Source: Bacteroidales bacterium
GTDB lineage: Bacteria; Bacteroidota; Bacteroidia; Bacteroidales; PUMT01
Direction of reading: 5' to 3'
NCBI GenBank assembly: GCA_007132225.1
Contig: SLPB01000028.1
Location: 25,985 to 89,984, forward strand
Length of the DNA stretch: 64,000 nt
In this document: in pieces, positions 19,606 through 29,349 of the stretch
How positions within the stretch are numbered: position 1 is the stretch's first letter
Layout: each line of letters starts with the position of its first letter
Translations under genes and position numbers: made by a program
The notes under the pieces: generated by a model
Seen by the model: only the letters and a program-made list of their open reading frames with translations
What the model was told of the DNA's origin: nothing
The model's database searches: none

Positions 19606-19613
19606 CAAATATA
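19606..19613 (-). promoter_or_regulatory. candidate -7 box (TATATTTG) for the Cys-repeat protein gene
   Basis: The plus strand reads CAAATATA, 39 nt upstream of the ATG at 19567. Confidence 0.45.
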
Positions 19614-19663
19614 GATATAAGTATCCGGGAAGGTCGCAAAATAAATGTTAAAAATTGTTAATT

Positions 19664-20323
19664 TTAATTAAAGGTAGCGATAACAGAGGTTTTACCATAA
19701 ACTTTGTCTCCCGGCTTTACCTTCAGGTTGACATCAGGAGGGAGCAAAAGATCAACCCTGGATCCGAACTTGATAAAACCAAGTTCCTCTCCCTGACGGC
19801 CCTCTTTGCCGGTTTTGGCATAACATACGATACGCCGGGCCACAGCACCGGCAATTTGCCTTACAAGCAGCGATGAATGTTCATTAACCTTAATAACCAC
19901 CGTGGTGCGTTCATTTTTACTTGATGCTTTGGGATGCCATGCCACCATGTAGTCGCCGGCATGGTACCGGTAAAATTGCACCAGTCCCTTTACAGGAAAA
20001 TAATTCACATGTACATTAAGGGGTGACATAAAAACAGAAACCTGAAGCCGTCTGTCATTAAAATATTCCCGTTCCTCTACTTCCTCAATTGCAACTATCC
20101 TTCCGTCGGCAGGTGAAAAAATAAGATTTGTGTCAGGCTCAATTGACCGGGCAGGCACCCTGAAAAACCAAACAGTAAACAAATATAAAACAATTGAAAA
20201 AACCAGGAATATCAAAATAAAAAGATGGCCTGATGGCAGTAATGAAAATAGAATAATATTTGCAACAACAAGTAAAAACAGCAGTTTTAACAGAATTCCA
20301 TAACCTTCTTTATGTATTCTCAT
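19664..20323 (-). CDS. psd: phosphatidylserine decarboxylase proenzyme
   Basis: N-terminal TM region and the C-terminal self-cleavage region GFIKFGSRVDLLLP. Confidence 0.88.
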   Translation of the reverse strand: MRIHKEGYGILLKLLFLLVVANIILFSLLPSGHLFILIFLVFSIVLYLFTVWFFRVPARSIEPDTNLIFSPADGRIVAIEEVEEREYFNDRRLQVSVFMSPLNVHVNYFPVKGLVQFYRYHAGDYMVAWHPKASSKNERTTVVIKVNEHSSLLVRQIAGAVARRIVCYAKTGKEGRQGEELGFIKFGSRVDLLLPPDVNLKVKPGDKVYGKTSVIATFN

Positions 20324-20326
20324 AGT

Positions 20327-21148
20327 TTAAAAGATGAAATTAAAATAAACCCATGAAGCTGGAATCACAAATAACCAGGCATCAATGCGGTCAAGTACAC
20401 CACCATGTCCCGGAAGCAATTTTCCTGAATCCTTAATACCAAGCCGACGTTTAAAAAGTGATTCAACAAGATCGCCGTATACGCCAAAAACTATAACTAT
20501 TACACCCACCACAAGCCAATTGGTTCTGTCGAGTAACGGAAAGAGCCTGGTCATAAACAAAGCAGCAGCAATAACAGCTGCTCCTCCACCAAGGGTTCCC
20601 TCCCAGGACTTTTTCGGAGAGACGCTTTTAAAAAGCCGGTTGTTGCCAAATGGCACTCCCACCAGATAAGCAACCGTGTCATTAATCATGATAAGGATAA
20701 AAATACCAATGACAATACCTGGATTATAGGGTGAACCTGAAATATCGCCGGGAAAAACAATAAGATTAAGCAGGCTTATAGGAACCACAGTATAGATAAT
20801 ACCGTAAAAAGTAGCGGCCAGATTATCAAATGCCCGCTCATCTTTCCTGTACAGCTCCCTTATCATCATAAAAGGCGGAAACAACAACAACAAAGATAAC
20901 CACTTTGGAGATATATTTCCGGATGCATATCCAAATAAAAGGCTGAACAGTATTATTGAAGCGCAAAGTGCAGCATATTTCTGAATCCTGATTCCCTCGT
21001 TTTCCTTATGCCTGTAAAATTCAAGCAAAGCAAGCACAAGCAGTACCAGGTAGAAAACAAAAAAACTTATACTGCTCCAAAGAAGGGCACCGAAAACCAT
21101 AATTAAGAATAACCCGCCGGTAACAGTTCGTTGAAACAAATTCTTCAA
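20327..21148 (-). CDS. cdsA: phosphatidate cytidylyltransferase (CDP-diglyceride synthase)
   Basis: Signature SPKKSWEGTLGG...KRRLGIKDSGKLLPGHGGVLDRID. The TTG start overlaps the DUF2007 stop codon. Confidence 0.88.
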   Translation of the reverse strand: MKNLFQRTVTGGLFLIMVFGALLWSSISFFVFYLVLLVLALLEFYRHKENEGIRIQKYAALCASIILFSLLFGYASGNISPKWLSLLLLFPPFMMIRELYRKDERAFDNLAATFYGIIYTVVPISLLNLIVFPGDISGSPYNPGIVIGIFILIMINDTVAYLVGVPFGNNRLFKSVSPKKSWEGTLGGGAAVIAAALFMTRLFPLLDRTNWLVVGVIVIVFGVYGDLVESLFKRRLGIKDSGKLLPGHGGVLDRIDAWLFVIPASWVYFNFIF

Positions 21149-21351
21149 GATTGAAACTTTTTTATAAGCTTTTCAGCTGCTGAGAGATTTTCCTTTTCAA
21201 CCATTACTTCAATATGCCCTATCATGGGATAGGCCGAATCTTTCTTGTCCATCACCACTGCTTCTATGCCATTGTCCCTGAGCATTTGCTGAGCCATTTC
21301 TGCCAGGTACTGCTCACTGGTATTATATACTATTTCCCAGTTGTCATCCAT
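21145..21351 (-). CDS. DUF2007-like small protein
   Basis: 68 aa, with the pattern ...AEMAQQMLRDNGIEAVVMDKKDS...; translationally coupled to cdsA. Confidence 0.55.
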   Translation of the reverse strand: MDDNWEIVYNTSEQYLAEMAQQMLRDNGIEAVVMDKKDSAYPMIGHIEVMVEKENLSAAEKLIKKFQS

Positions 21352-21499
21352 AATATAATATGCAGTTTATATTTACCTAAGAGGTTTACCATAAAAAAAC
21401 CACGTCTATATTTAACCCGAGATCAAATATACTGAAGATTAAAGCTACAGCAGACAATCGGGGTAAAAAAATCATTTCAGATATAAGTTTTGCCGGATC

Positions 21500-23689
21500 T
21501 TATTTGGTCTCCGGCTTTTTTATTTTTTTTCCGGTATCAGGACCATCATTATTCCCGGAAGTTTTGTCCTCCTCTTTATTATTTGGCTGAACATTTCCGT
21601 CAATTTCAGATCCATTTTCGCGGGGGCCCTCAGCAGACTTGTCCGGATCACTGCCGGAAACAGAGGTAACGGTGCCCTCAACCGGCTCTTTTGTTTCATC
21701 ATTTCCGGATGACTGCTTCAGCATTGGTTCTTTTTCCGGTATTTTAAATTTTCTTTTCCCAAATATCTTCTCCAGATCTTCGCTGAATATGACCTCTTTT
21801 TCAAGCAACAATTCAGCTAGCCTGGTGAGTCCCTTTTTATTTTTGGTCAATATCTCCTTTGCACGGTTGTATGAATCATCAACTATCTTCCTCACCTCCT
21901 TGTCAATCAATTCGGCTGTTCTCTCGCTGTAGGGTTTTGAAAAGTTATACTCATTCTGCCCGGATGAATCATAAAAGCTGATATTACCAACATTTTTGCT
22001 CATTCCAAAATAGGATACCATAGCATATGCCTGTTTGGTGATCCGTTCAAGGTCATTAAGTGCACCGGTGGAAACCATATTGAAATTTATCTCCTCCGAT
22101 GCCCTTCCACCTAGAGCAACACACATCTCATCAGATAATTGCTCGGCAGTAGTGATCTGTCGCTCCTCGGGCAGATACCAGGCTGCGCCAAGAGATCGCC
22201 CCCTGGGAATAATGGTAACCTTTACAAGGGGATGGGCATGCTTAAGCAGCCAGCTTAAAGCAGCGTGACCGGCTTCATGAAAGGCTATAGTCCTTTTTTC
22301 CTCCATGGATATGATCTTGTTCTTGCGTTCAAGTCCGCCAATTATCCTGTCAATGGCATCCAGGAAATCCTGCTTGCCAACTGCTTCCTTATTTTTACGT
22401 GCAGCAATAAGGGCTGCTTCATTACAAACATTTGCTATATCAGCACCGGAAAAACCGGGGGTCTGCTTGGCCATAAAGTCGATGTTGAGATTCTCTTCAA
22501 GCTTTACCGGTCTTAAATGAACCTGAAAAATCTCCTTTCTTTCGTTAAGATCAGGGAGCTCAACATGAACCTGCCTGTCAAACCTGCCGGCCCTTAGGAG
22601 TGCACGATCAAGCACATCGGCCCTGTTGGTCGCTGCAAGCAGTATTACACCAATATTGGGTTCAAATCCATCCATCTCGGTGAGAAGCTGGTTTAATGTA
22701 TTCTCCCGTTCATCATTGGCACCAAAACCCGCACTTTTACCCCTGGCACGCCCAACGGCATCGATCTCGTCGATAAATACAATACATGGTGCCTTTTCCT
22801 TGGCCTGCTTGAAAAGGTCCCTGACCCTGGATGCCCCGACACCAACAAACATCTCCACAAAATCAGATCCTGAAATAGAAAAGAACGGCACATTTGCTTC
22901 TCCGGCAACAGCTTTTGCAAGAAGGGTCTTACCGGTTCCCGGTGGTCCTACAAGAAGAACTCCCTTGGGTATTTTGCCTCCAAGCTGGGTGTATTTTTCG
23001 GGTTTCTTAAGAAAATCAACAATCTCTTTAATCTCCATCTTTGCCTCTTCGAGTCCGGCAACATCCTTGAAATCTGTTCTTACGTGAGACTCCTTGTCAA
23101 ACATCTTTGCTTTGGACTTGCCAACACTGAAAATACCCCCGGGCCCGCCACCCCCTCCGGCAGCCCCGCTCATCCGGCGAAATATAAACAGCCATATTGC
23201 AACCAGAATAAAAAGAGGAAGCAGCCAGCTTAATGCATCAGAAAAATAGTCACGCTCGGTAACATAATTAATGCTTATCCTTGCATCCTGATCCAATTCT
23301 TCCTGGGCCTCACGCAAACGTTCTTCAAAAAGCTCTACGGAGCCAATTGTGAAAACATAGTGCGGACCCGATCTTGATGCCGAGGCAAAACCCCGGTCAA
23401 ACAATTCTTCATATTTTGGAAGGTGAAGCCTGTCTTGCTTTATGTATATCCTGGCAACCTCACGGTTTACAACTTCAACTTTCTCCACATCACCCTCACG
23501 CAACATATCCCTTTCAAATTGCTGAAAATTGATCTCCATGGGCTTACTGCCGGTTCCAAAAATCTGAATAGCAATAAATGCAACGGCAATTATCCCGTAA
23601 ATCCAATAGAGATTGAATTTTGGCTTCTTATTGCCCTCTTCCGGTTTTTTATCGGAATTATTGTTTTTATTTTTATTCTGTTCAAACAT
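21500..23689 (-). CDS. ftsH: ATP-dependent zinc metalloprotease FtsH
   Basis: Walker [27 protein letters not shown], the SRH region and the zinc site HEAGHA. There is also a roughly 80-aa low-complexity acidic/lysine-rich C-terminal tail. Confidence 0.96.
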   Translation of the reverse strand: MFEQNKNKNNNSDKKPEEGNKKPKFNLYWIYGIIAVAFIAIQIFGTGSKPMEINFQQFERDMLREGDVEKVEVVNREVARIYIKQDRLHLPKYEELFDRGFASASRSGPHYVFTIGSVELFEERLREAQEELDQDARISINYVTERDYFSDALSWLLPLFILVAIWLFIFRRMSGAAGGGGGPGGIFSVGKSKAKMFDKESHVRTDFKDVAGLEEAKMEIKEIVDFLKKPEKYTQLGGKIPKGVLLVGPPGTGKTLLAKAVAGEANVPFFSISGSDFVEMFVGVGASRVRDLFKQAKEKAPCIVFIDEIDAVGRARGKSAGFGANDERENTLNQLLTEMDGFEPNIGVILLAATNRADVLDRALLRAGRFDRQVHVELPDLNERKEIFQVHLRPVKLEENLNIDFMAKQTPGFSGADIANVCNEAALIAARKNKEAVGKQDFLDAIDRIIGGLERKNKIISMEEKRTIAFHEAGHAALSWLLKHAHPLVKVTIIPRGRSLGAAWYLPEERQITTAEQLSDEMCVALGGRASEEINFNMVSTGALNDLERITKQAYAMVSYFGMSKNVGNISFYDSSGQNEYNFSKPYSERTAELIDKEVRKIVDDSYNRAKEILTKNKKGLTRLAELLLEKEVIFSEDLEKIFGKRKFKIPEKEPMLKQSSGNDETKEPVEGTVTSVSGSDPDKSAEGPRENGSEIDGNVQPNNKEEDKTSGNNDGPDTGKKIKKPETK

Positions 23690-23707
23690 AATTATTGATA
23701 AACTTTT

Positions 23708-24076
23708 TTAATCGATTCTCTCAATTTTACCATCAGCCCACAACTCTTCCAAAAGGTAGAAATCCCTGCACTCCTTCTGAAAAACATGCACCACAACAGC
23801 TCCATAATCCAGCAGGATCCAGCATGCGTTATCCTGCCCCTCTTTGTGCACAGCAGGAATATCGAGTTTTTCCTTAACCTCTCCTGTAACCGACTCAGCT
23901 ATGGCATTTACATGAGTATTTGAATCACCGTGGCAAATAACAAAATATTTACAAATCCTGTGTTCTAAACTTGTTAGATCTATACTGACAATATCCTTAG
24001 CCTTCAGATTCTTAACACCTTCGATAATATTGGATAATAATATTTCGGTGGTTATTTCTTCTTTCTTTTCTGTCAT
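23708..24076 (-). CDS. rsfS: ribosome silencing factor RsfS
   Basis: DIVSIDLTSLEHRICKYFVICHGDSNTHVNAIAESV...WILLDYGAVVVHVF. Confidence 0.85.
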   Translation of the reverse strand: MTEKKEEITTEILLSNIIEGVKNLKAKDIVSIDLTSLEHRICKYFVICHGDSNTHVNAIAESVTGEVKEKLDIPAVHKEGQDNACWILLDYGAVVVHVFQKECRDFYLLEELWADGKIERID

Positions 24077-24226
24077 TTATTAAATTTGATCGCAAAGTTA
24101 ATCAATTTTTGGCATATCCCTGCCTTGAAAATTGACTAACAATTAATTATAAGATGCTGGGAATAATTCGTTCCTAAAACGTACTTTTGAAATTCATATT
24201 GCAATAAAAGTATTAATAATAAACAA

Positions 24227-24973
24227 ATGGAAAGTGACTTTGTTGGTAAAGATATAATAATGTTTAATTCCCTGGAATCCACAAATGAATATTGCAAAGA
24301 AATGCTAAATAACAGGGAGATTCCGGAAGGAACCGTAATAAGCGCCCGGTGGCAATCAGAAGGCAAAGGGCAGGGCGATAATTCATGGGAAAGTTCTGCC
24401 GGGGAAAACCTTACCTTCAGCATTATTCTACACCCCCTGTTTTTGAATATATCAGATCAGTTTTTTATTTCGATGATAACCTCTCTGGGAATAGCAGACT
24501 TCCTGAGACAATTTACAAACAATGTTCTCATCAAATGGCCAAACGACATATTTATCGGTAATAAAAAGATCGCGGGAATCCTGATAGAAAACTCGGTTAT
24601 GGACAACAAAATAACTGACTCCATTGTCGGTATCGGGATAAATATTAACCAGGTCAGCTTTGGCAGTCATATACCAAATGCCATATCGCTCAGGAGCATA
24701 GTTCCTGAGCCACCACCCCTGGATAACTGCCTTGAGAGTCTCTGCAAAAACATAGATCACTGGTACTCTATGTTAAAACAGGACAGGAAAGAAGATATAA
24801 AAACAAAGTATACGGACCGGCTGTTCAGGTTAAACCAACAGCATCTTTACAGGGAAAGAAACAAAATATTCAAAGGGACTGTCACAGGTGTGGATAATTT
24901 CGGCAGACTGGCACTCAGGACCCAGGCAGGTCGGACAAGATACTTTGGATTAAATGAAGTGGACTTTCTCTGA
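24227..24973 (+). CDS. birA: biotin--[acetyl-CoA-carboxylase] ligase (no N-terminal HTH)
   Basis: GKGQGDNSWES (the GRGRxGRxW-type motif), KWPNDIFIGNKKIAGILIE. Confidence 0.8.
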   Translation: MESDFVGKDIIMFNSLESTNEYCKEMLNNREIPEGTVISARWQSEGKGQGDNSWESSAGENLTFSIILHPLFLNISDQFFISMITSLGIADFLRQFTNNVLIKWPNDIFIGNKKIAGILIENSVMDNKITDSIVGIGININQVSFGSHIPNAISLRSIVPEPPPLDNCLESLCKNIDHWYSMLKQDRKEDIKTKYTDRLFRLNQQHLYRERNKIFKGTVTGVDNFGRLALRTQAGRTRYFGLNEVDFL

Positions 24974-25039
24974 GAATGGCTCACCCGGGGACTGGCAGCA
25001 GGGTTTGCGGCCGGAGGACCAGTGAAAAATTTAAGCCTC

Positions 25040-25456
25040 TTACCACTCCTGGTTATTCAAATGATCTGATAATTGAGAGGCTATAATCTCAATTCCCTCT
25101 TTTAACGGTTTTTCTGCCATTTGCTTCATGATCATATTCAATTCGGCTCCAAGGGTGAGCTTAATAACCGTTGTCCGCTCATTTGTCTCCTTCAGCTGGA
25201 TCCACAGGTTAAATTTAAAGGGAGTGGATCCTTCAGATTCAAATTTAATACATTCATTTGGCTCTTGAGAAGCAATACGGACCCCTATTTCACCAAGTCC
25301 GTCAACCAAAAAACTGCACCGGTCCGTTTCTGCATGAAAATCTTTCACCTTCTCCCCGGGTACAAGAGTGCTGAAATTGGTAATATCGGAAAGGAAGTCA
25401 AACACAGGTTTACGTCCGGCGTGTACTGTTTTCTGTGAACTTTCAAATTTGTTCAT
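25040..25456 (-). CDS. SRPBCC-superfamily (START/polyketide-cyclase-like) protein
   Basis: Size, alternating beta/helix pattern and its position downstream of pyrE. ATG at 25456; the track start at 25486 is TTG. Weak call. Confidence 0.45.
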   Translation of the reverse strand: MNKFESSQKTVHAGRKPVFDFLSDITNFSTLVPGEKVKDFHAETDRCSFLVDGLGEIGVRIASQEPNECIKFESEGSTPFKFNLWIQLKETNERTTVIKLTLGAELNMIMKQMAEKPLKEGIEIIASQLSDHLNNQEW

Positions 25457-25482
25457 TGCTTTTTCTGAATTATTGTTATAAA

Positions 25483-26115
25483 TCAACCATTCCAGTTTGA
25501 CGGATCACTTCTCCAATCCTGCAGGGTTTTTAATTGCCTGTTGTCGATAATGCCCATTTCCAGGGCCACCTCTACCAGAGCAAAATAATTGGTCAGGGTT
25601 TCCAGGTGGCATGAACTCTTCCGGAAATTTTCCCGGGCAACATCAAACATATAGGTAAATATTGCAAGCATTCCCATTATCTCACAACCGGATTCCCTGA
25701 GCACCTGAACGGCTGAAAGAGAACTTTTTCCAGTGGAAACAAGGTCTTCTATCACCACAACCCTGTCACCCGCCTTTACCATACCTTCAATCATATTGGT
25801 TAAGCCATGTTCCTTGGCAGAGGGTCTCACATATGCAAAAGGTAACCCAAGCTGCCCGGCAACCAGGGCTCCGTGAGCAATTGCCCCGGTTGCAACTCCG
25901 GCAATCAAGGTAACTGAAGGGTAATTTTTCCTGATCAAATCGCAAAAACTTTGTTTTACAAGCTCCCTTGTTTCAGGAAACGACAAGACAAGCCTGTTAT
26001 CACAATAAATTGGTGAATGCCAGCCGGAGGCCCATAAAAAAGGTTTTGCTGGTTCCAATTTAATTGCTTTAATTTGTAACAAATGTTTAGCAATTGTCCT
26101 TTCTATTTTTTCCAT
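25483..26115 (-). CDS. pyrE: orotate phosphoribosyltransferase
   Basis: PRPP-binding loop RVVVIEDLVSTGKSS and SGWHSPIYCDNR. ATG at 26115; the track start at 26142 is TTG and would overlap the divergent NUDIX gene. Confidence 0.88.
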   Translation of the reverse strand: MEKIERTIAKHLLQIKAIKLEPAKPFLWASGWHSPIYCDNRLVLSFPETRELVKQSFCDLIRKNYPSVTLIAGVATGAIAHGALVAGQLGLPFAYVRPSAKEHGLTNMIEGMVKAGDRVVVIEDLVSTGKSSLSAVQVLRESGCEIMGMLAIFTYMFDVARENFRKSSCHLETLTNYFALVEVALEMGIIDNRQLKTLQDWRSDPSNWNG

Positions 26116-26122
26116 TGCACAA

Positions 26123-26737
26123 ATGTATAAAGTTTTTTTCAACGAGCGAATTGTTTTTCTGACCCGGGACTTTCTTAAAAATTTCCAGGAAAATCAAGGT
26201 CTTTTTTACAAGTTTCGGGGAAAAGATGAGTTAAAGGAGCTTTTGCTTATTTTTTTGGCCCTCAAAAAAATAGACCAGCTTTTTATCTGTCACCCTGATC
26301 TGGAAGAGCTGAGCAGGGAGTTTCGTTCCTGCTTTCGTTTTGTGGAGGCTGCAGGGGGACTGGTACGGAATAATGCCGGGGAGGTACTTTTCATTAACCG
26401 CTTTGATAAATGGGATCTTCCAAAGGGCAAGTGCGAAGAAGATGAATCGGCTCAGGAAGCCGCAATAAGGGAAGTCGGTGAAGAATGCGGTATTTCCGGC
26501 CTGGTAATCAAAAATGAATTGCAGCAAACTTTTCACACCTATTTTGACAAGGGTTTACCTCATCTTAAAAAAACCCGATGGTTTGAAATGCAGTATGAAG
26601 GTGCCGGGAACCCCAAACCACAAACCGAAGAATTCATAACAAAAGTTATCTGGGCAAGGGAAAAAGATTTGAACATCATTCAAAAAAACACCTATCCCTC
26701 AATAAAAGACCTGCTAAAAGAGGCAAAAATCATCTGA
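26123..26737 (+). CDS. NUDIX hydrolase with an N-terminal extension
   Basis: Nudix box GKCEEDESAQEAAIREVGEECGI. Confidence 0.8.
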   Translation: MYKVFFNERIVFLTRDFLKNFQENQGLFYKFRGKDELKELLLIFLALKKIDQLFICHPDLEELSREFRSCFRFVEAAGGLVRNNAGEVLFINRFDKWDLPKGKCEEDESAQEAAIREVGEECGISGLVIKNELQQTFHTYFDKGLPHLKKTRWFEMQYEGAGNPKPQTEEFITKVIWAREKDLNIIQKNTYPSIKDLLKEAKII

Positions 26738-28157
26738 ATTCCCCCCTTGAATGTATTGTCCTGAACAAATAATTTTCAAATTTCTCTGCGGGAGAAGGAG
26801 CTGGTGACATAAGCAACTTACCATCTCGATCCATAAGATAATAGGTGGGAAACATTCTTACATCGTAATCCTTTAAAACAGAAGGCTGATTGCCGTAAAA
26901 TAAAAACTCCCAGTCATAATCATTTTTGTTCAGAAAATCCAGCATTGACTCATAACTATCATCAATAAAAACCGTAACAACTTTAAGGTGCTTTTCATAC
27001 TTTTCACTCAGGCTGCTTAATACATCATATTCAGAAAGACAACCATAGCTGACGGACGTACAAAAATTGAGATAAACATAATACCCCCTAAAATCAGAAA
27101 CAGACATTGTATCTCCCTCCCTGTTCATGAGTCTGAAATCAGGTGGTTCGAATCCTTCTAACAGCCGGGTAACTTTCTCCCTGATATGTCCGGCAATCCT
27201 TTCATGCTCAGGGTAGGTTGTTGTTGATGCAAGCGAATCCAATACAGTCAAAAGTCCTAACCTGGAGAACCCTTCCACATAAAAAGCATCATGAAGGCCC
27301 TTTAAAATAACCATTTCAAGTAACTGCTCTTCACCCAGCACGTTATCAGTTAATAATGTATTTCTTAGCTTATCCAGGCTCCGGTGCTTGTTAATATCTT
27401 CAAATATCCTTTTGCCTTTTGTTGTCCTTGAAAAAAATAAAAAATACCTGTCATATACCTGATTAAACAATTCCATATATGCAACATTATCGTAAAGCAC
27501 TGGCTCCGGGTAAAAATACTGGCTTGACACATTGCTTGCGGACTGCATCCGGGCCATTATTTTCAGAAGTCCGAGCTTGTACTTCCGGTATTTTTGAAAG
27601 TAAGGATTGCCGTAACCGGCAAACCGCTGTTCAAAGGCATTGCTTATAGAGTCCAGAAGCTCATAATCCCTGTTCATAGTGAGCCTGATCAATGGTTCCC
27701 CGAAAAGAGGCTCATACATCTGATCAAAAATTCTGATCAGGTGGTTCAATTCAGTGCTATCCCTGTTGATAACAGCTATGTGTGTGGGAATTCCTTCAAA
27801 ATAGGGATTGTTTTTTTCACGGGCAGATTTTTCAGTTTTACCGGGGATAACAATCTTATAACTCTTCCCCGGTTCAACATACATGTAAGCATAATGAACA
27901 CCAACATTTGTATAAATATAAAGGGGGGCATTATCTGCTTCTATCTCAACTGAAAATTCGTCACTTTTATCAACCCGGAACCGGACCACTTCAGTTTCTG
28001 TAAAACTTATATCGTCAGTCCGGGAATAAAAAACAAGTTCTTCACCGGCATATCCGGGGGCATAACCGGAGATCCGGACCTTGCCGGCACTCTCTGAATC
28101 TGCCTGAAGTCCGTAAAAGAGCATCCCGCAAAAAACAACAACAGATGTAAGCTTCAT
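26730..28157 (-). CDS. secreted protein with a C-terminal TlpA/redoxin-like thioredoxin fold and a degenerate active site
   Basis: C-terminus reads DFRGYYVYLNFCTSVSYGCLSEYDVL...MFPTYYLMDRDGKL, which resembles TlpA but has C-x6-C where WCxxC is expected. ATG at 28157. I do not recognise the N-terminal 330 aa. Confidence 0.5.
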   Translation of the reverse strand: MKLTSVVVFCGMLFYGLQADSESAGKVRISGYAPGYAGEELVFYSRTDDISFTETEVVRFRVDKSDEFSVEIEADNAPLYIYTNVGVHYAYMYVEPGKSYKIVIPGKTEKSAREKNNPYFEGIPTHIAVINRDSTELNHLIRIFDQMYEPLFGEPLIRLTMNRDYELLDSISNAFEQRFAGYGNPYFQKYRKYKLGLLKIMARMQSASNVSSQYFYPEPVLYDNVAYMELFNQVYDRYFLFFSRTTKGKRIFEDINKHRSLDKLRNTLLTDNVLGEEQLLEMVILKGLHDAFYVEGFSRLGLLTVLDSLASTTTYPEHERIAGHIREKVTRLLEGFEPPDFRLMNREGDTMSVSDFRGYYVYLNFCTSVSYGCLSEYDVLSSLSEKYEKHLKVVTVFIDDSYESMLDFLNKNDYDWEFLFYGNQPSVLKDYDVRMFPTYYLMDRDGKLLMSPAPSPAEKFENYLFRTIHSRGEFR

Positions 28158-28187
28158 CAGCAAATATTTAGATTCACACGAATATAT

Positions 28188-28661
28188 TCAGGGTTTATAT
28201 TCATTAAGTTTTACCCCCCGGGGCACAAACATGCTTGCATCTCCACCGTTTCGAACTATATCACGAACAATAGTTGAGTTGATTGGTGTATGTTCAGGTT
28301 TTGTCAGTAAAAACACTGACTCAATATTACCTGCCATTGCTTTATTAACCTGGGCAATTGCCCTTTCAAATTCAAAATCAGCAGCTGTACGTAATCCCCT
28401 TAAAATATAAGAAGCATTCTTCTCATGGCAAAAATCAACTGTCAGTCCACTGAACCAGGTAATCTCAACTGCGGGTTCATCATGAAAAACATTTCCAATC
28501 CATTCAAGTCTTTTTTCAAGGGGAAAAAACCCTTTTTTTCGGGAATTATACCCGGCAGCAATTATTATCTTGTCAAAAATAGACAGGGCTCGCCTGACAA
28601 CAGACTCATGACCAATTGTGAAAGGATCAAATGACCCGGGAAAAACAGCAATTTTTTCCAT
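28188..28661 (-). CDS. coaD: pantetheine-phosphate adenylyltransferase
   Basis: FPGSFDPFTIGH and ISSTIVRD-like NSTIVRD motifs. Confidence 0.92.
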   Translation of the reverse strand: MEKIAVFPGSFDPFTIGHESVVRRALSIFDKIIIAAGYNSRKKGFFPLEKRLEWIGNVFHDEPAVEITWFSGLTVDFCHEKNASYILRGLRTAADFEFERAIAQVNKAMAGNIESVFLLTKPEHTPINSTIVRDIVRNGGDASMFVPRGVKLNEYKP

Positions 28662-28791
28662 CAGATTTAAATTTTGAAATTACAGAAAACAGATTCAGTT
28701 TGATCTGCTGCAAACATACATAAAAGGCTGACAAAACAGAAGGCTGAAACTCCTTTTAACAAAGGAGTAATGACTTATTTCACGCTATATT

Positions 28792-29331
28792 TCAGTGTTT
28801 ATGCATAAACACGATATTCCCAAAAACAACATTTACAGTAATATTCAGATAAGGACTTTCCGGATCAAAGCTATCAGAGGTATATCCGCCCTTTCCCAAT
28901 AAGGGAATATTTTTGCCGGGCATTTTCACCCCGGCAAACACAGCATCTACCAGGATATTTACAGGCAGATCGGGATCAATGAAAACAGTACTGTTGGAAA
29001 AAAGGTTGTTTATTTTAATATTTTTTTTACTCCCCGTTAGTTTAAACCCGGTAAGATCAAAAGCGGTTCCGGAGAAAACAAGCTGATATTCAGAAGACAG
29101 ATCCTCAGAACCCTCAACTATGGCAGATTTAAAAAAAAACTCATTTTCACCGCTCTTTAATGGCCAAATACCGGAATTTCCGAAAATGACCATAATGCAA
29201 CACAGTACCAGAACCGACCCGGTCAGAATTTTAAAGACCGGGAAATCAATCTCGAATATGACCCTTGCCAGCAGGATCCCGCAAATAAGTATAAGTAATA
29301 TACTCCAGAAGAAAAGAGTGTCTACCTGCAT
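28792..29331 (-). CDS. membrane protein with a LiaF-like (DUF2154-type) C-terminal region
   Basis: Two N-terminal TM helices. The repeated beta pattern YQLVFSGTAFDLTGFKL...VDAVFAGVKMPG resembles LiaF-family C-termini. Low confidence. Confidence 0.35.
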   Translation of the reverse strand: MQVDTLFFWSILLILICGILLARVIFEIDFPVFKILTGSVLVLCCIMVIFGNSGIWPLKSGENEFFFKSAIVEGSEDLSSEYQLVFSGTAFDLTGFKLTGSKKNIKINNLFSNSTVFIDPDLPVNILVDAVFAGVKMPGKNIPLLGKGGYTSDSFDPESPYLNITVNVVFGNIVFMHKH

Positions 29332-29349
29332 TGAACCTCTTGGTTTTTT

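Noticed and set aside
22626-23087. Long antisense ORFs inside ftsH (22626-23087). Similar cases occur inside parC (49872-50375, 50958-51407), mutS2 (57621-58079), metG (60741-61199) and the flippase (32880-33446).
   Set aside because: Each lies fully within a strongly supported conserved gene on the opposite strand. Their compositions are low-complexity or Ser/Leu/Pro-rich, as is typical of antisense frames.
29131-29139. An A9 (T9 on the coding strand) homopolymer inside the LiaF-like membrane protein gene, considered as a possible slipped-strand phase-variation site.
   Set aside because: It encodes FFF-K in frame with no sign of a frameshifted copy. Nine-nucleotide A/T runs are common in AT-rich genomes. 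Population sequencing would be needed to support variation.
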